Shown here piece by piece: positions 22,387 to 36,009 of a stretch of 44,821 nucleotides of DNA (within the stretch, counting starts at the first letter, position 1; every line of letters begins with the position of its first letter). The translations under genes were made by a program, and so were the position numbers. Where the stretch lies: contig BCKQ01000020.1 in NCBI GenBank assembly GCA_001600695.1, positions 41,110 to 85,930 on the forward strand, in the 5' to 3' direction. The notes under the pieces were generated by a model that searched no databases, was not told the origin of the DNA, and saw only the letters and a program-made list of their open reading frames with translations. The DNA comes from Ascoidea asiatica JCM 7603. Its lineage: Eukaryota; Fungi; Ascomycota.

Positions 22387-24973
22387 CCGGGTTACAAAAC
22401 AAGTGATCCGGATCCATCAAACTGGTTTTGGTTAAGCCTTTGGTTTTCTCTATTTTTTTAAAAGTAAAATTGTTGGCTGGTGTTTTTTGCAAAATTTGAA
22501 AAATTAAATGTAAAAAACGAACTATGAAATTAGCGACGCAATTTCATTGTGTTAAATTACAGGTTTTGTGTTGTAAATTCTCAACAATGCGGTGAGGTGA
22601 CAACACAATTTTCAGATAAACTTAAAATGGGGTCTGTACGCAAAAATATATGGACGCGGATTCAAATCCTTGGAGTGGTAAAGGGCAAAATCCGTCTATC
22701 GAATTTTGTATAATTTTTTGGATTTTTCAAATAATGTATGTGCAATGCGAATGTCAGAGTTTTCAAAACTTTTGCATTGCTGAAATTTTCCGGGTCTTTG
22801 TATGGGAAACTTGAATTTTCCGGAATCCCGCTATACATAACGTTTTCGCAGAGTAATAAACATCTAATGGGTAGACACATTTGTTCTGAAATATCTCATA
22901 TTTTTTTTTTTCTTTTCGGACGAAGCTGTAGGAGAGGAATATGTACAAAAAGTACCAGTTGCGGGTTGCAAGGACGCATTTTAAATGCAATTAAAATCCA
23001 ACTTCAATTTGTCTGTTATTCATCCATACACTCCATTTCCATCAATATTCCCCCAACCTATTTTTAACTTTGCTTAATTTGTCGTATCATCCAAACACCA
23101 TAATTGTGGATCATCTCAGACTAAAGTTTTCTTTTTAATCTACTATTTTATCGGTAGTCAATATCGCCAGAACGTCCCTAGTCTAGGTAGGTCAAGCCTG
23201 CGGCCTCAAAATACAATATATCAGGTTCCGCGCAAAAACATCTATCTCGAAGTTCAATGATGCAGGCTCCTAAATTAGTTTTTCATGCTAATTGGTCCAG
23301 CATTTAGTCCTCTGAAGTATATCTCAACTACACATTTTTTTAATTGTAATTTTTATTCATTCTATATTAATCAATAAAATTCAATTATGTTTTTCATTAT
23401 TCCTACAATTATTGCTCTTACTGATTCACAATCGTACCATCAGATTCAGCAAATTATTCAATTAGTGATCAAGAAAAATGTACATCGATTCAACAACAAC
23501 GAGATTCGTATTTCTTATTTCGACAAAATAATCAATTATGTTCAAAACGTTTTAACCAGATAAGCGAATTTCAATGGCCTCAGAAGATCTACTTAACAGT
23601 CAAAAATTAAAAGGGTTCTAGCTTATTGTTTTACCAGTTATAGGCAACCATAAATTATATATGTGTCTTTTAATGCTAAATTTATTATTACATTTTATAA
23701 AAATCAACTTGGATTATTTAATTTTTTATCTCAAGATCCTCTATTGCAAAAACTTTATATTAATATATCAAAACATTTTCAAATCAAAGCAAACTTCAGC
23801 CTATATATTTAGAAAATCATAAACAACAATAAAATAAGATCTCTTTGAATAATCTTTTTTTAACAATTCGATTTCCTACTCATATTGAACAATCATCTAG
23901 ATCAGCAAAATTTTTTTTAGAAATACAAACTATTCTTAAATGATTGCCATTTTGATTTTACAATATATTATTTATTCAAAACTTCAATCAAATAGAAACC
24001 AAACAGTATTGAATCGATTTAGAAATCAAAACAATAATAATCAAAGGATCAAAACCTTTTTTATTCATTTAGAACAGACGAATGTCGACTTTATTATTGA
24101 ATATTACAATTATGTTTTCAATGGAAAAAAGGTACTCCGCCTCTTGAATTTACTAACAATCTGAAAACAAATATTTATTATAATAAATTTTAAAACAAAA
24201 TGATTTATCGCATCACCAAAAAAGAAGTTATTACTCCTAATCAAGTAATTTCCACTTCAATAAAATTAAAAGTAAAACACATGGATATCCTCTTACTAAT
24301 AAAGCATTTTACAAATTTTCACTAAATACCAATGAAATTTCATATTTTTTACTTTAATCTTCTTTTATGTAGCTAAGACAGCTCTCATAACTGCAAATTT
24401 GGCCCTTTTTTAATAGCTGTTAAGTGAGGTCTTTTGAGCACTAGCAGTATTGAGGGACCTTATAGTTTCGATTAGATTTTGTTTTTGATCGAAAAAAACG
24501 TTCAATAGATTTTTTAATTTTTGAATTTTTGTGATGGTTGGTCAAATTTACTTCTTATGAGATATTCAATATTAGTTTTACCAATTCATTAAATCCAATT
24601 TCGTATTTATATGCTATTAATTATCTGGTTTATGTGCTTCTTTTTTTATTTTAATCATCGAATTTTTGGTTACTATATAAGATAGTAATATTTTTGTTTA
24701 CTTATGAATTAAAGATATTTTACTTTACTAAAAAATTGTTTAAATTTTCACTCTTTATTTTCTATGGTAGAAAATGCTGAATTGCTAGTTTTTACCCAAT
24801 GATTACTATTTAATCTATTTATTATAATGTTTTCTTTATACTCATTTTTTGTGTACAGCCCTTTTAATTGTAATACATAACAATTTTTTAATTTTATTTT
24901 TCGCCAACTTTTTGGAAAAGATCAATTGCGTGTAGGCTTAGTCATCAAGTCTCACACAGTATGTATAACCCCG
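22387..24973 (+). mobile_element. Probable non-autonomous hAT-type element (3' part shared with 36000-36800; left boundary tentative)
   Basis: ~24160-24973 is a diverged direct repeat of ~36010-36801 (shared AATCATCGAATTTTT, ATAAGATAGTAATATT, AGTCAT..A.TCTCACA, AACCC). The ends CCGGGTTA (22387) and TAACCCCG (24973) form a short imperfect CAGGGTT-like TIR. No 8-bp TSD seen. Confidence 0.45.
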
Positions 24974-25024
24974 GAACAGGGAGATTCGCTAACTTGAGCG
25001 TGAAATAGTACGTAGTTACTACCA

Positions 25025-25507
25025 TTCATTGTATTTCAAACCATTGTTTAACTATTCAGCAAAACATAGCTAATTGAAATGATAACCAGTTATCAATTAA
25101 AATAACATACATATAAATTATATGAAAAATATGGGAGGTAACTGCCCTTTTCGTATTCGTAGCAAAAAAGAGCGGGTAGGCGATATTTAGAAAACATTGA
25201 TAAAACTAGTAATTGGAAGTTGACTTCCCATACGATCGACAAAAACTTGAATACAGGTATGCTGTAGGAGACTCTAGGTTATTGTAAGAACAAACAAAGA
25301 GAATTGAGTACATTCGCGAAGGTCACGGAACTTGGAAGAAAGAATAAATAATTTAGAAAGAGAATGTTATGGTTCATTAGAGATGGATAGGGAAGTTCTA
25401 AAAACGCACAGGATTGAAGTCGTACAATAATCTATGCTATCTTAGAAACTCTAAAACTAACATAGACCATTTGGCTCTATACAAATAAATGAATAAAGTT
25501 TTTAACA
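25025..25507 (-). mobile_element. LTR-like repeat family A, copy 2 (inverted relative to copy 1)
   Basis: Reverse complement aligns colinearly with 7504-7990. Confidence 0.7.
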
Positions 25508-26561
25508 CTCGGCATGACAGAGTTCCGCATTATAAATATTAACTTATAATACTTTGCAATAATTGCAATGTTCTTGTGTTCTTCCTAGACGGTATTCAGC
25601 ATCTTTTTTAAAAAGGGAAAAGGTCTTAAAAATTTCTAAAATATATTACCAAGTTTGTAGTTATTACCAAGATCTTGATAGGTTGCAATACACATGTATC
25701 TCATTACAACTTATATGGCGAAACTGTGTTTGTGTAACACAAGTACAATTTTTTGCATTTGGTGTAACACAAATTTCATTTAATTTTTGGTAATGAAAAA
25801 TTTAAATATTGAATAATTAAACTAATATAAGAAGATGAAAAAGAGAATGATATTTATTAGGGAGAATAAGATACAACATATAGAATAAAGGGAATTAATT
25901 AACAATAGCAGAAAATTATAATAAATGTCAGAAAAAAAAATCTTATCGACCATAGTGAATTTCTTCAAAAGTTATCGCTTCTCAAACAAGCCTTGTTGGC
26001 ACTATTTAACTGATTAAATCCCGTAGGTGTATTTATATATATATAACAATCCTGTACTTTTTCTCCTCTAAAGAAAAATCTTCTTCTTCTTCTGTTCCAA
26101 ACATAAGGACGAATCATTTTTATGAATCAGGAAGAAAGAGCAATCTTAACTCTTCATACTAATTCAAATTTCGAACTCAAGAAGTGTGTTACGACACCCT
26201 CAGCTGGGTTTCTGAAGGGAAATAAAATTACCATACTAAATCAAAAAAGTCACGCTGATATTGATCAATTTGGCTTCAGTTTCGTAAAGCTGATATACAC
26301 CACTGATGCTATTATAGAACGTATTTACATTAATTTACACATAAATTAGCAGCAATCACAGTCATCTACTTAGATTTAATTAGAAAAAACAATCGAACCA
26401 ACACACACACAACAAATAGTTATATCAAAAACAATCAATAAAAATCTTAAAATCAAGAGTACTAACGTTCATTATAATTAGCCTACTAATAATACTTATA
26501 ATAATAGCAATATAATCATCATCTTAATCAACTACACGTAATCACCATCATAGTTCATAAC

Positions 26562-27630
26562 TGTTGGAAATAATAGAGAACTCTATATCCTAGGGTATAT
26601 ATTGGTACTAACACCATAGGTGGTGAAGGTCTAAAAGACACGTATCTATAGTAAACGTAAAAGGATTATGTATCATACAATAATGTGTGTACACTATGTA
26701 TAATTATGATTAGAGATGCATAATTAGGAATAAATATACATATTGTTGCATAAAGTTGCATTAAGTTGCATGAATAATACATCAATTTACATGACCTTGC
26801 ATGAGTCTGTGCACAGGTACACAGATAGTCGTGTATCATGTGATATTATAGTCACATCTCATAGGTCATGTGTGCTTACGTCAGATATAACGCAAAAGTT
26901 AGAAAAGACCTTGAGATTTGTACCAACCACAGTCGTAGAACCTTTAAGAGCATATTAAAGATAAGCCAGTCGGTACGAGGAGAATTAAAGAGGAGTTAGG
27001 ATTTAGCGTCTATCCGGATACAAGATAAATCCGAGAGGTCAATCGGATGCAGGCAGGGACGCCTTCTTGATGGCTGGATTGGTTAAGCCTAGTTTCATGT
27101 GAGATAAGGTATAGTTCTCACTGCGTATACCGAATTGTCTCGGAGTAAACAGGAGACTATTGGAGATAGTCCCGTAAGGGATCTATTGCGAGTACGTCTT
27201 CGGGATTAAAGATTATTCCCGGAAATTAGTGCGATTATCTACCCCACTGTAAAATGGGCTCATTGGTTTTACTATGTCAAAATTGAAACGTAAATTTCAA
27301 TTGATTTCTAATCAAGTTTTCAACCCGTTTTACAAGGTAAACTTGATTCCCACCCTGATTCTACGAAGGAATCCTGGTACTTTTGGGAATTCCAGAGAGT
27401 TCTCGATAGTTCTGCGGGACCCCGTTGGAATCCTGAAATAATATAAAAGGCATCGATTTCCTCTTATTTTTTTATATAATTTATTTAGTTTTCTTTGGAG
27501 ATCATCGATTCGATTAGCACGAGTTAATTGATTAATACATAGTTTGTAAGTACGTAAAATTTATATATTAGATTTTGTAAAATGAATGAAAATGCACAAC
27601 AAGTTGCAGAAAACTTTTCGCAATATCAGC
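26562..27630 (+). mobile_element. Long LTR, family B, copy 1 (3' end at CAACA 27601 or CAGCA 27631)
   Basis: Starts TGTTGGAAAT; TATA-like TATAAAAGG at ~27442 followed by a T-rich tract. The first ~400 bp align with the reverse complement of 29120-29516, starting from the same TG. Confidence 0.7.
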
Positions 27631-28020
27631 AAGGTTGATAATCGAGCTGTAATCTAATAGTAAAACTATAAGGCCTGTATAGATGATTATCTCAATAAGC
27701 AAAATAAACATATAAGTGGCGCGGGGTTACCCTACCTGGCTCGTGGGCATAATATGTAGTTAAACCTGTACTGTACCTAAGAGATTTTATGAGGTATCTT
27801 CAGTAAAAAAGGTAGGGTAACTAAACAATTTTTGCGGTGTATTTAGCAAAAATGGGATGTCAATATCAGACTGTTGGTCGGGTATTTACCACAAAGTGGG
27901 TTGCCCTTAAAATATGAAATTTTTGAGATTTGTGATGTTTCTGGTACCATTACGACCAGTATCCTACAAAAATTCAAATTTGTTGATTGAACCCCAAGAT
28001 CTTCTCCTTATTTAAATCTT

Positions 28021-28707
28021 GATGGGTCCAAAATCACACTTAATGATAAAGATAAAAATCTTTATCAACAATTCGTTGGTTCATTACTTTGTCCAGCGAC
28101 TCATAATCGTCTAGATATTGCTTTTGCTACTCATGAACTAACCAAAAGTATGTCTTGTCAATCAACAAATGATTTAATTAGGGCTAAGGACCTTCTTAGA
28201 TACCTTAAAGGATCAAATAACTTTAAGTACAAATTTGAATCAATCAACGGCAAAACAATTGATCTTTACCCAAATGCTTCTTATTCTACATACAGTACTG
28301 CAGGTTATGTTCTAACATATCGTGGTAATAGGGTATCTTGGAAGTCATCGACTGTTGGCCCCACCCACCCTTTACCATCTTTTGAAAAAAAAATTATGGG
28401 AGCCACAATAGGTGCAGAGATTATCTTTTATTTGATTTTTTTCATAAAAGACATTGATCCTGAGATTACACATTATTCACCTTACAATATATTCATTTAT
28501 AATGCTGGCTTACTCTACAAAATTAACACTTTTGAAAAGGTTAGTCTTCCGTATCCAAGACACATAACAATTAGGTTAAAACTTCTATATGATATTACAA
28601 AGTTTAAGTTATTAAAAGTTTCTCATATTTCTGGTAATAATAATCCTGCCGATATGTTTACAAATCCTTGGAAACTTCAAAGCTCCAACACTTTCTTAAA
28701 ATTTTAA
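28021..28707 (+). pseudogene. Ty1/copia pol relic: RT C-terminus plus RNase H
   Basis: YQQFVGSLL..ATHNRLDIAFA..L..SMS....AK.LLRYLKGS, then YPNASY, STAGYV....VSWKS, RHITIR and NNPADMFT, the canonical copia RNaseH motifs. Catalytic acidic residues appear substituted (D->N, E->K, D->Y). Confidence 0.92.
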
Positions 28708-28948
28708 ATTTTTAAAACAACATTACTTTTAGTTTTTATTATGCCTCAAACTTTTGTTTAACACTCAAATATTTAGTTTCTTGCTACTGCAGACTTTTCT
28801 GACTTTAGCCTTACTTTTAAAAATATTTCTTTCCTTTTCGTCCTATTTTCCATGTCAACTCACGTGGGTTTATATTCATTTTCTTTTTAACTAATAATTT
28901 ACTAATTTCATTCAGGATTGCCAGGGCATGTCAAGATATTAGTCTTTC

Positions 28949-29110
28949 GGGGGCAGGTTACTCATTGTGTCACACAATTGATGACCTTACCCTCTTAGAC
29001 TGCCACATCCTATTCATCATTTCACCAAGTTTGAATCGTAAACTCTTCCTTGATTCTTGATATATAAATACACGAAAATACCTTTATTCTCTCTCCCTCG
29101 GGGAAAAAAG
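28949..29110 (+). mobile_element. Candidate polypurine tract and start of the copia 3' LTR, cut by an inverted family-B LTR
   Basis: GGGGGCAG at 28949-28956, ~240 bp after the pol stop; TATATAAATA at ~29061; the family-B fragment begins ~29120. Confidence 0.45.
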
Positions 29111-29119
29111 ATCAAGGAC

Positions 29120-29516
29120 TTCTTTAATCTGAGCTTATATTTTCCAGTATATCTGCTGCCAATCTCAAGGTGTTTTCAACTGTGTACGATAAACATGACG
29201 TACGCACACATATCCTATGTCCTGTCAATGTAGTATCACTTGATATACGACTACCTCTGTACCTGTATATAGACTCATGCAAGTTTAAGTAAATTGATCT
29301 ACTCTTCATGCAAGTTAATGCTACTTTATGCACTGGATGTATATTTAGGCCTAATTATGCTCCGTCATGCATAAACGACCATGATGAATGCACGTTATTG
29401 TATAATACACGACTCTGTGACGTCTACTCTGGATAAGTGTTTTTTAAACCTTCACGACCTATAGTGCTAGCAGCGATATATGCCCTAGCGTATAGAGATG
29501 TGTATTATTTCAGACA
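29120..29516 (-). mobile_element. LTR family B, copy 2, truncated (5' ~400 bp only)
   Basis: Reverse complement TGTCTGAAATAATACACATCTCTATACGCTAGGGCATATAT matches TGTTGGAAATAATAGAGAACTCTATATCCTAGGGTATATAT at 26562. Confidence 0.8.
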
Positions 29517-29674
29517 GATGAGGCTTCGGAAGTATTTGAAATCATGAAGTGTTCTTCTACGATTGGTTGTATTTAAGCTTGGGATATAATCCAATATAAA
29601 CAAGAATTCTCAGCAGGCTGTATAAGGTGAATGGTCTTAACATCAGCTAAATTTTCCACCAAATATGATGTCTC

Positions 29675-31100
29675 TCAAAATAAAAGCAGATGAGCTTCAA
29701 AGGAGAATCTTTCAACAATCTTTAGAAGTTTATTGTTTTTCTTCTTATAGTGATTAGTATACGGTGAGGGACTAGAAAATGAATGGAAGTGGGCTGTATT
29801 AGAAGGAGCTAAACCAGGATGATGGCGGAAAGCAAAATTCTCATTAGGTTTATATCCGATGGCTGGTTCATGGCAATATTCTAATTTCAAATCAGGGTAT
29901 CGTTTTGTATAAATTAATTTAAAACAATCTTGAAAGGTTTTCTCGTAGAGGTTATGGAAAAAAAACATGTTTTTGATAAGCTAGAAGGAAGAACATATGT
30001 TGAGAAGCATCAGGTAAAATAACCGATTGTAGAAGAATTTACAACAGAAGAAGAATTATTAATATTATTATAACTATTATTTTAATTATTATTATTATTC
30101 TAAGCTATAATATTATTATCGAAAGAGGTTTCAGACAAAACAGTGCTTTTCATTGCAGAAGCGTGTACTGAAAGAGTATGCGCCTTATCATTATGATTTG
30201 CCAGCCATGAGATACATTTATCATAATTTGAAGATTTATTATCCTTCGTACCACTATCTAACATCTGAATTCTGTTTCTGGAGTAGTATGGATAATACCT
30301 ATATAATAATAATAAAATCTTACGAAAGATAAATTTAATGACGATTCAATAGCGCCATGTTTCCACGGTTCTTTACTATCAGATGTAACAGGAGAATGAA
30401 AAAGTAATTTCTTATTTGGAAAGTTTTCGGAAATTAACCAATCATGAAAGTAGTCTTGTTTTAGTTAATAGGAGAATATATCTCAAAATACAATAAAGCA
30501 ACTTCTTCACTAGAATTGGTAGTGGTTTTTATCATTTCAACTGACCGAAAAAAAGTTGAACGAAAAATAACTTCACAGTAAAGTACTTTATTTCCTTGTA
30601 TATCTTAAAGAAGACAGTAAAAAGCACGAGAGTCCATTTATAAGCACCATAAAAAGCTCTCCTGTTTTGAGAACTTTATCCAGCAACAATAAAGTCCAAC
30701 CAGTAAGTTAAACAAATTTGCATTTGAAGAAAGGTATTCATTTTCAAATAGTTGAATACTTCTTGGAAGTGTTGCAGAATCTGTTTTGTTTAATATTAAA
30801 TAAAAAAGCTCATATATAGCTTTGCACTAAATCATATTACTACTGCTAAGGAACATTTGAGATTTTTACTAACATTATTCTTTGATCAATATCAAATGGT
30901 TTAATTAATAGTTCACAAATACTATAAATCATACATTTATCACACTGACCCAGGCCAGGAAAATGTTCCTGAACTCTCACAGAAGTTGTAAAAATCAAAA
31001 TATTACCATGCATTTTTAAAAATCGAAATATATTTGTTAAATCGTTAAGAGTTTCTTCCAATAAACAAAATTACTAAACGTTATAAGCACAATCATAATC
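29675..31100 (-). pseudogene. Decayed coding sequence of unknown identity
   Basis: Several consecutive coding-like minus-strand frames (ORFs 30846..31061 and 29675..29968, plus the stop-interrupted frame between them) with an N/S-rich linker; no motif recognised. Confidence 0.3.
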
Positions 31101-33399
31101 ATTTTGACTTGAAAAAATGAATCCAAATACAATGTTATAAAAATAACTAAACATTTCTTTTATACAACATTTAAATCACCTTAATGAACTACTATAATAG
31201 TTTAATAATCTATAAATTTAAATTAGAATTATATCTAAAATTCAACAAAAAATGTTTTATTTTTTTTTTAACAAAAAATATATGCTGAAGTACTTTACAT
31301 TGAACAAACAAAATTTAATCTTTGAAATTGAAACAATTTTAAAGTAACTTTAAATTTTTTTAATAGGTATTTTTACTCTATTAGTTCTTAAAGAAAACAA
31401 TAACCAAATAAGTTAAGCAAGTATAGAGAGATATTCATAATTTTGTTTTAGCCCTCATATCCGATCTATTGTTTCACTGACATTAGCTTCTTTTTCCTAA
31501 TTCTAATTTACCCGAGTCGCAAAATAGAAAGGTTCGCAGAAACAATAAAGAAGTTTGATCAATACATGGAAGAACTTAAGCCGACGACACCAAAAATTCT
31601 TTGTAAATTAGAACCAGCATTACCTCCAAATTCTTGAAAGACTATTAAATTTAATTTGTTGTAGTTATGTTCTAAGCATTTAGGTCCATTTGGAGAAGCT
31701 ATTGAAGATTATTGATCACCTTTTGGAAAATGTTCTCGTTCGATCTAAAATGAACCCTTATTAGGTGAATTCATTTTACTAACTAGATTTCTAATAAGTT
31801 GCAGTTTAATTAAAGACTGACTTCATATTGTATATGCTTTTTAACCGGTAAATAAGCTGTGATTTCTTTTATTAATATAGAAAAACTATGGTATAGAAAG
31901 AAAGGGTTGGTTAATAAACTGAAAGAGAGAAACCACAAAAAAGAGATAATTGATATTTGGACGGAAAACAACGGGCAGGTCCAAAGGAAGGCGACACTGA
32001 CATTATAGGGAAAGATAAACCAAAACAATATAAATTTCCATAAAAATAAACTGTTTACTAGGTGAGTCTAAAAGAGATGTCAATGATGTAGGCTCTAACT
32101 ACCTTGCCTAATCATTTTACAGTAAAAACAAATTTCTCTAACCAGCTGTGATAGCAGAGTGATCCAAGACCTTTAAGTTATATACGCAGAAACCGGATTA
32201 GCTAGTAGAACTCCACTTGAATTGTCCCAATTAGAATTGCTCTGCTATCCCTGAGCTTTGATGAGTTCAAGTGGTAATTGTACCTTCTTGTTTCCTGAGA
32301 AAGTTCGTGGTGAACAACAATAATTCTGCCGCCAGTAAAGAACTTGCAAATCAATAATCAAATACCTGGACGGTGCCCGCATATATGTAAAAAGGTAAAC
32401 TTTCTTAAAAAAATACTTAAATCGTTACGAACTTTACACTTATTATAAAGTTCTTAATTAGAAGGTCCAACAGAAATATGTAAAGACGGCTGAAATCGCG
32501 AACAGGGACTAATGTACCAGGACCACAAAATCTGTTACATTTTTATGTTACACAAATCACATTTAATTTTGTTTATCAAAGTTTGGGATAATAATTATTA
32601 TTATTAATTTAATACGAGAAGCAAGTGATATTTATCAGAAAAAATATCTACCATATAGAATCGAAAATTAATTACAAGCAACAAAGTTTACCCAAAATAA
32701 GTAATACCGCTCTGTATATTAAGAACATGGTTAACCCAATCTATAAAAACTAAAGGAGTTTATATATTGTAATCCATTTTAAGCTAAACTATCGCCAGTT
32801 CTATTTATTTTAATAGTGGTTAGCCCCATTTATCTGGATTGTGGAAACTGGTTGAAGGACCGCAAGCGTGAAACCATTATCAAGTTTAAGTTACAACTAC
32901 TAACGTCATCGCGCAGATGGTTCAATGTAATTTTTCCAACTTCCAGTCTCAAATGGTTGGTCTGACGATATGTAAAAAAAGTGTGGCGGATATTGAGGAG
33001 ATCCTAATATGTCAATGTATTAAACATATTTTCACTTATGACCTTACAACTACGGTGGATAATTTCTATTCAAAGCCATCTCATTTTCAGTCCTTGCAAT
33101 CCCCCGGACCCGATTCCGTGCCATGATTTCTAAATTGAGAAACTTTTAGCCATTAGATTGGAGTAATCAGGTAATTTTTACACGATTACTTACAATTACA
33201 TCAGCATTCTAAGCACATTTCAACATTCGCAAAATTTTCAAAACATTCAAGGGATAGGTTCTACTGTAGGGTCTTTAGAGTAAGAAAATAAAGATGCTAA
33301 AAATATACACGGTAGCAGGGTTTAAAAGTCTACCTGGATTGTTTCTTTCGGAAAATAGCTGAAATCATCAAGACCTTCAAACTGAATAATAAAAAAAAT

Positions 33400-35470
33400 T
33401 AAAAAGTATAATCCAATTGGACTGGATAACGCAGAAACCTGTTAGAAAGCATTTTTTGCTAATGCAGACCTCAAAGCATCAGTTGCGAACAACAATTTAT
33501 TGGCCTGCTTAATATGCCAGAAACATTACTCATGGTTGCAAAAACTTTCAAATCTGATTAAACATTTGAAAGTGGAAGGTACCAACAAAATGAACTACCG
33601 ACTTTATTTAAAAAACAGAATATTAGAAACTACAGCTGATAACGAAATTGGAACGTACTTCGACTTTGCATCAAACTTGGCAATTCCTTATTCCAGCGAG
33701 ACATTAAACATTTAACTAAATTACTTATTATTAATAACAGTTTATGTTTTAGGTGCATTGATGATCCGTACTTTCGCTCAGTATTGAAATATAATTCATC
33801 ATCGGGAAACTGTTTAATTAAAATCAATGATAGACTTGCATGCTCAAAAAAGATAAAATTGCAGGTACAATTGGTTCATCCCATTAGTTTTAAAGTATAT
33901 TAAAGACGAAAATATTTTGATGTCAGTGACGTCTGAAGAAGGACTAGTAGTGATCACAGCAGTTATATTGTAGTGGTTGGTCCTGTTCACATTCCCAAAA
34001 AAGCCAAACTGTTGCTACCAACATTTCATTACCATTGGCCCTTAAACCACTTGTGTCATCCGATAGAAATAGTCTCCCTGCCTCTATTGTGAAAGTATAT
34101 GACAAAGCTCTGATTAAGGAGATCATTGGCATTACAACAGGTAATGCTTCAGCGAACTACGTTATGATAAGAAAGCTCATCCAGGAACATATGTGTGGCT
34201 TCACTCCCAATGATATGCATGTGCGATGTCTTTGCCATACAATTAACCTTATTGTTTGTGACTTTAAAAAAAAACTCCCTCCACAGCCATAAATCTTCTC
34301 CACCAGTGTCTACTCACTTTTCTCAATTTTAAATACATTCACGGAGGCTGTGATCCCCTGATCTTATTGATAAAATAAAAGAGCTATCATTGTTTTTCTA
34401 AGCACAAACAATAAGTGTCATATTTCCGGCACTGTGTCAGGAATAGGGCTACTGCAACTCGTTTATACCAAATAATGTTTCTACAAGATGGAATACTACT
34501 CTCGGGATGATTAAGAGCTTTCTCCGTTTGAAAACACCTCTTCTTCAGTTTTTTGTTAGCACCGATGTGATGATTATGGCAGCCCAAAGAACAAAACTGT
34601 ATTTTCTTGATTTTTCAGCTGGTGAGATTGACGAATTAGAGTTTGTAGTTGGAAGTTGGTTCCTTTTTAAAATTCACCGAGACTGCGAGAACTTCGCAAT
34701 ATCCTACCCTTTTTTGTTTTTATCGATGGTTCGTACAGATTGGAGCACATGTTAAAAGGGCCAAGACAACTTTGGAAACTAGCAGCAAAATTACAAATCA
34801 ATTCACTGGCATCATGAAAGCATTTGCAAAAATATCTCTAAAATACGCCAAATATTTTGCTTGATAAATCAAAAATATCATTGTTCTTATGGCTTGGTTG
34901 GTAATCCAGTGGTAAAATCGTTACTATCTATTGATCAATTAGCGATGTGTGTCAATGTTTAACAAGAGTCGTATCAAAGAAACAACATTCCGTCGGATAT
35001 TGTAACGGGTGATGATATTGCTTTAAATACGTGTGACTTATTTGATCCGCTAACTATGTAGTTTGTGTTAGTAACAAAGAGACAGGCGCTTAATAATGCA
35101 TCAAATCACGCTACAACACATGAGTCTGAAATGAATTTTTACTCTAAATGGGGCCATTTTACCTGTGAAAGTAAGTTCAAATCGTCCGTTACCAGCTTTA
35201 TCTGCTTTGCTGATTTCGATTTTATAGATGTTTGGTATGGTATCCGACGTGCGTTCCCGGTTCTTTATATTTTTGTGCTAAAGTTTGTCGCTGTGCAAGC
35301 TAGTAGCAAGTCGGCAGAAATGTTTTTTTTTCTATAAGCTAACATTGACCCTGACAATAGAACAAATTTTATGGATGAAACACTCGAATCCCATTTAATT
35401 CTCAAGTGCAACGCTGGAGCTGGATCTGTTGTTTTTGCAGACCGACTTCCTTCCCCAAGCGCCCTTTAAA
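33400..35470 (+). pseudogene. hAT-superfamily transposase, disrupted
   Basis: BED-finger half CLICQKHYSWLQKLSNLIKHLK (33506), ITTGNAS (cf. ITTDNAS, D->G), HVRCLCHTINLIV (CxxH), TRWNTTLGMI (34483), the dimerisation domain DVWY....FPVL......AVQASSKSAEMFF, and R.NF..ETLE, all in the correct order. Confidence 0.93.
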
Positions 35471-35561
35471 AATTGCCTGAGATCGTATGTATTGCGGATG
35501 ATATCCATCATAATCCACCCTTTGTCTTGGAGATATTCACCATAGAATTATAAAGTCGGCT

Positions 35562-35800
35562 TGTTAGTATGTGACCAGGGGATATAATGTATAATTGTAC
35601 AAGTTTATAAACCTATATCCTGTAAACACGGCTGTTGACGTCAGAACATGTGAATAGTTAAGTCTTTCCAAAAAAGTACTTTCAGGTAAAACAATTTTTG
35701 AACGGTATAAGGAGGCGAGCTCCTTCCGGCTAAAACAATTCAAACTTATCAATAAACTACCATAACAATAGTTTTATGTTTTCATTTAAGTTCCCCAACA
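35562..35800 (+). mobile_element. Probable solo LTR (family C)
   Basis: TGTT...AACA ends, GTATAAG TATA-like box at ~35705 and AATAAA at 35751; TSD not conserved. Confidence 0.45.
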
Positions 35801-36009
35801 TCTTGATTTTCTATCTTTTCTTCTTTCCCTACTCTTACCTTTTTACTAATAAGAAAAATTTTATGGAACTACAATATTCTTATGGCCTGTGCAGTTTCAT
35901 CTGATTTGATTTCAAATAACATATTGAAATTAATTATCAACTTCAAATTTATTCAAAATTTCCTGAAACTAAATGTGTGGGTAAGTACTGGTCATGTGAA
36001 AGTTCATCG

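Noticed and set aside
26122-26349. 75-aa ORF
   Set aside because: Short, no motif, embedded between repeats; cannot be supported as a gene.
26743-26958. ORF pair 26743..26958 and 29124..29333 as a small conserved protein family
   Set aside because: Both lie in the two copies of LTR family B and start at non-ATG codons; DNA-level repeat homology explains the similarity.
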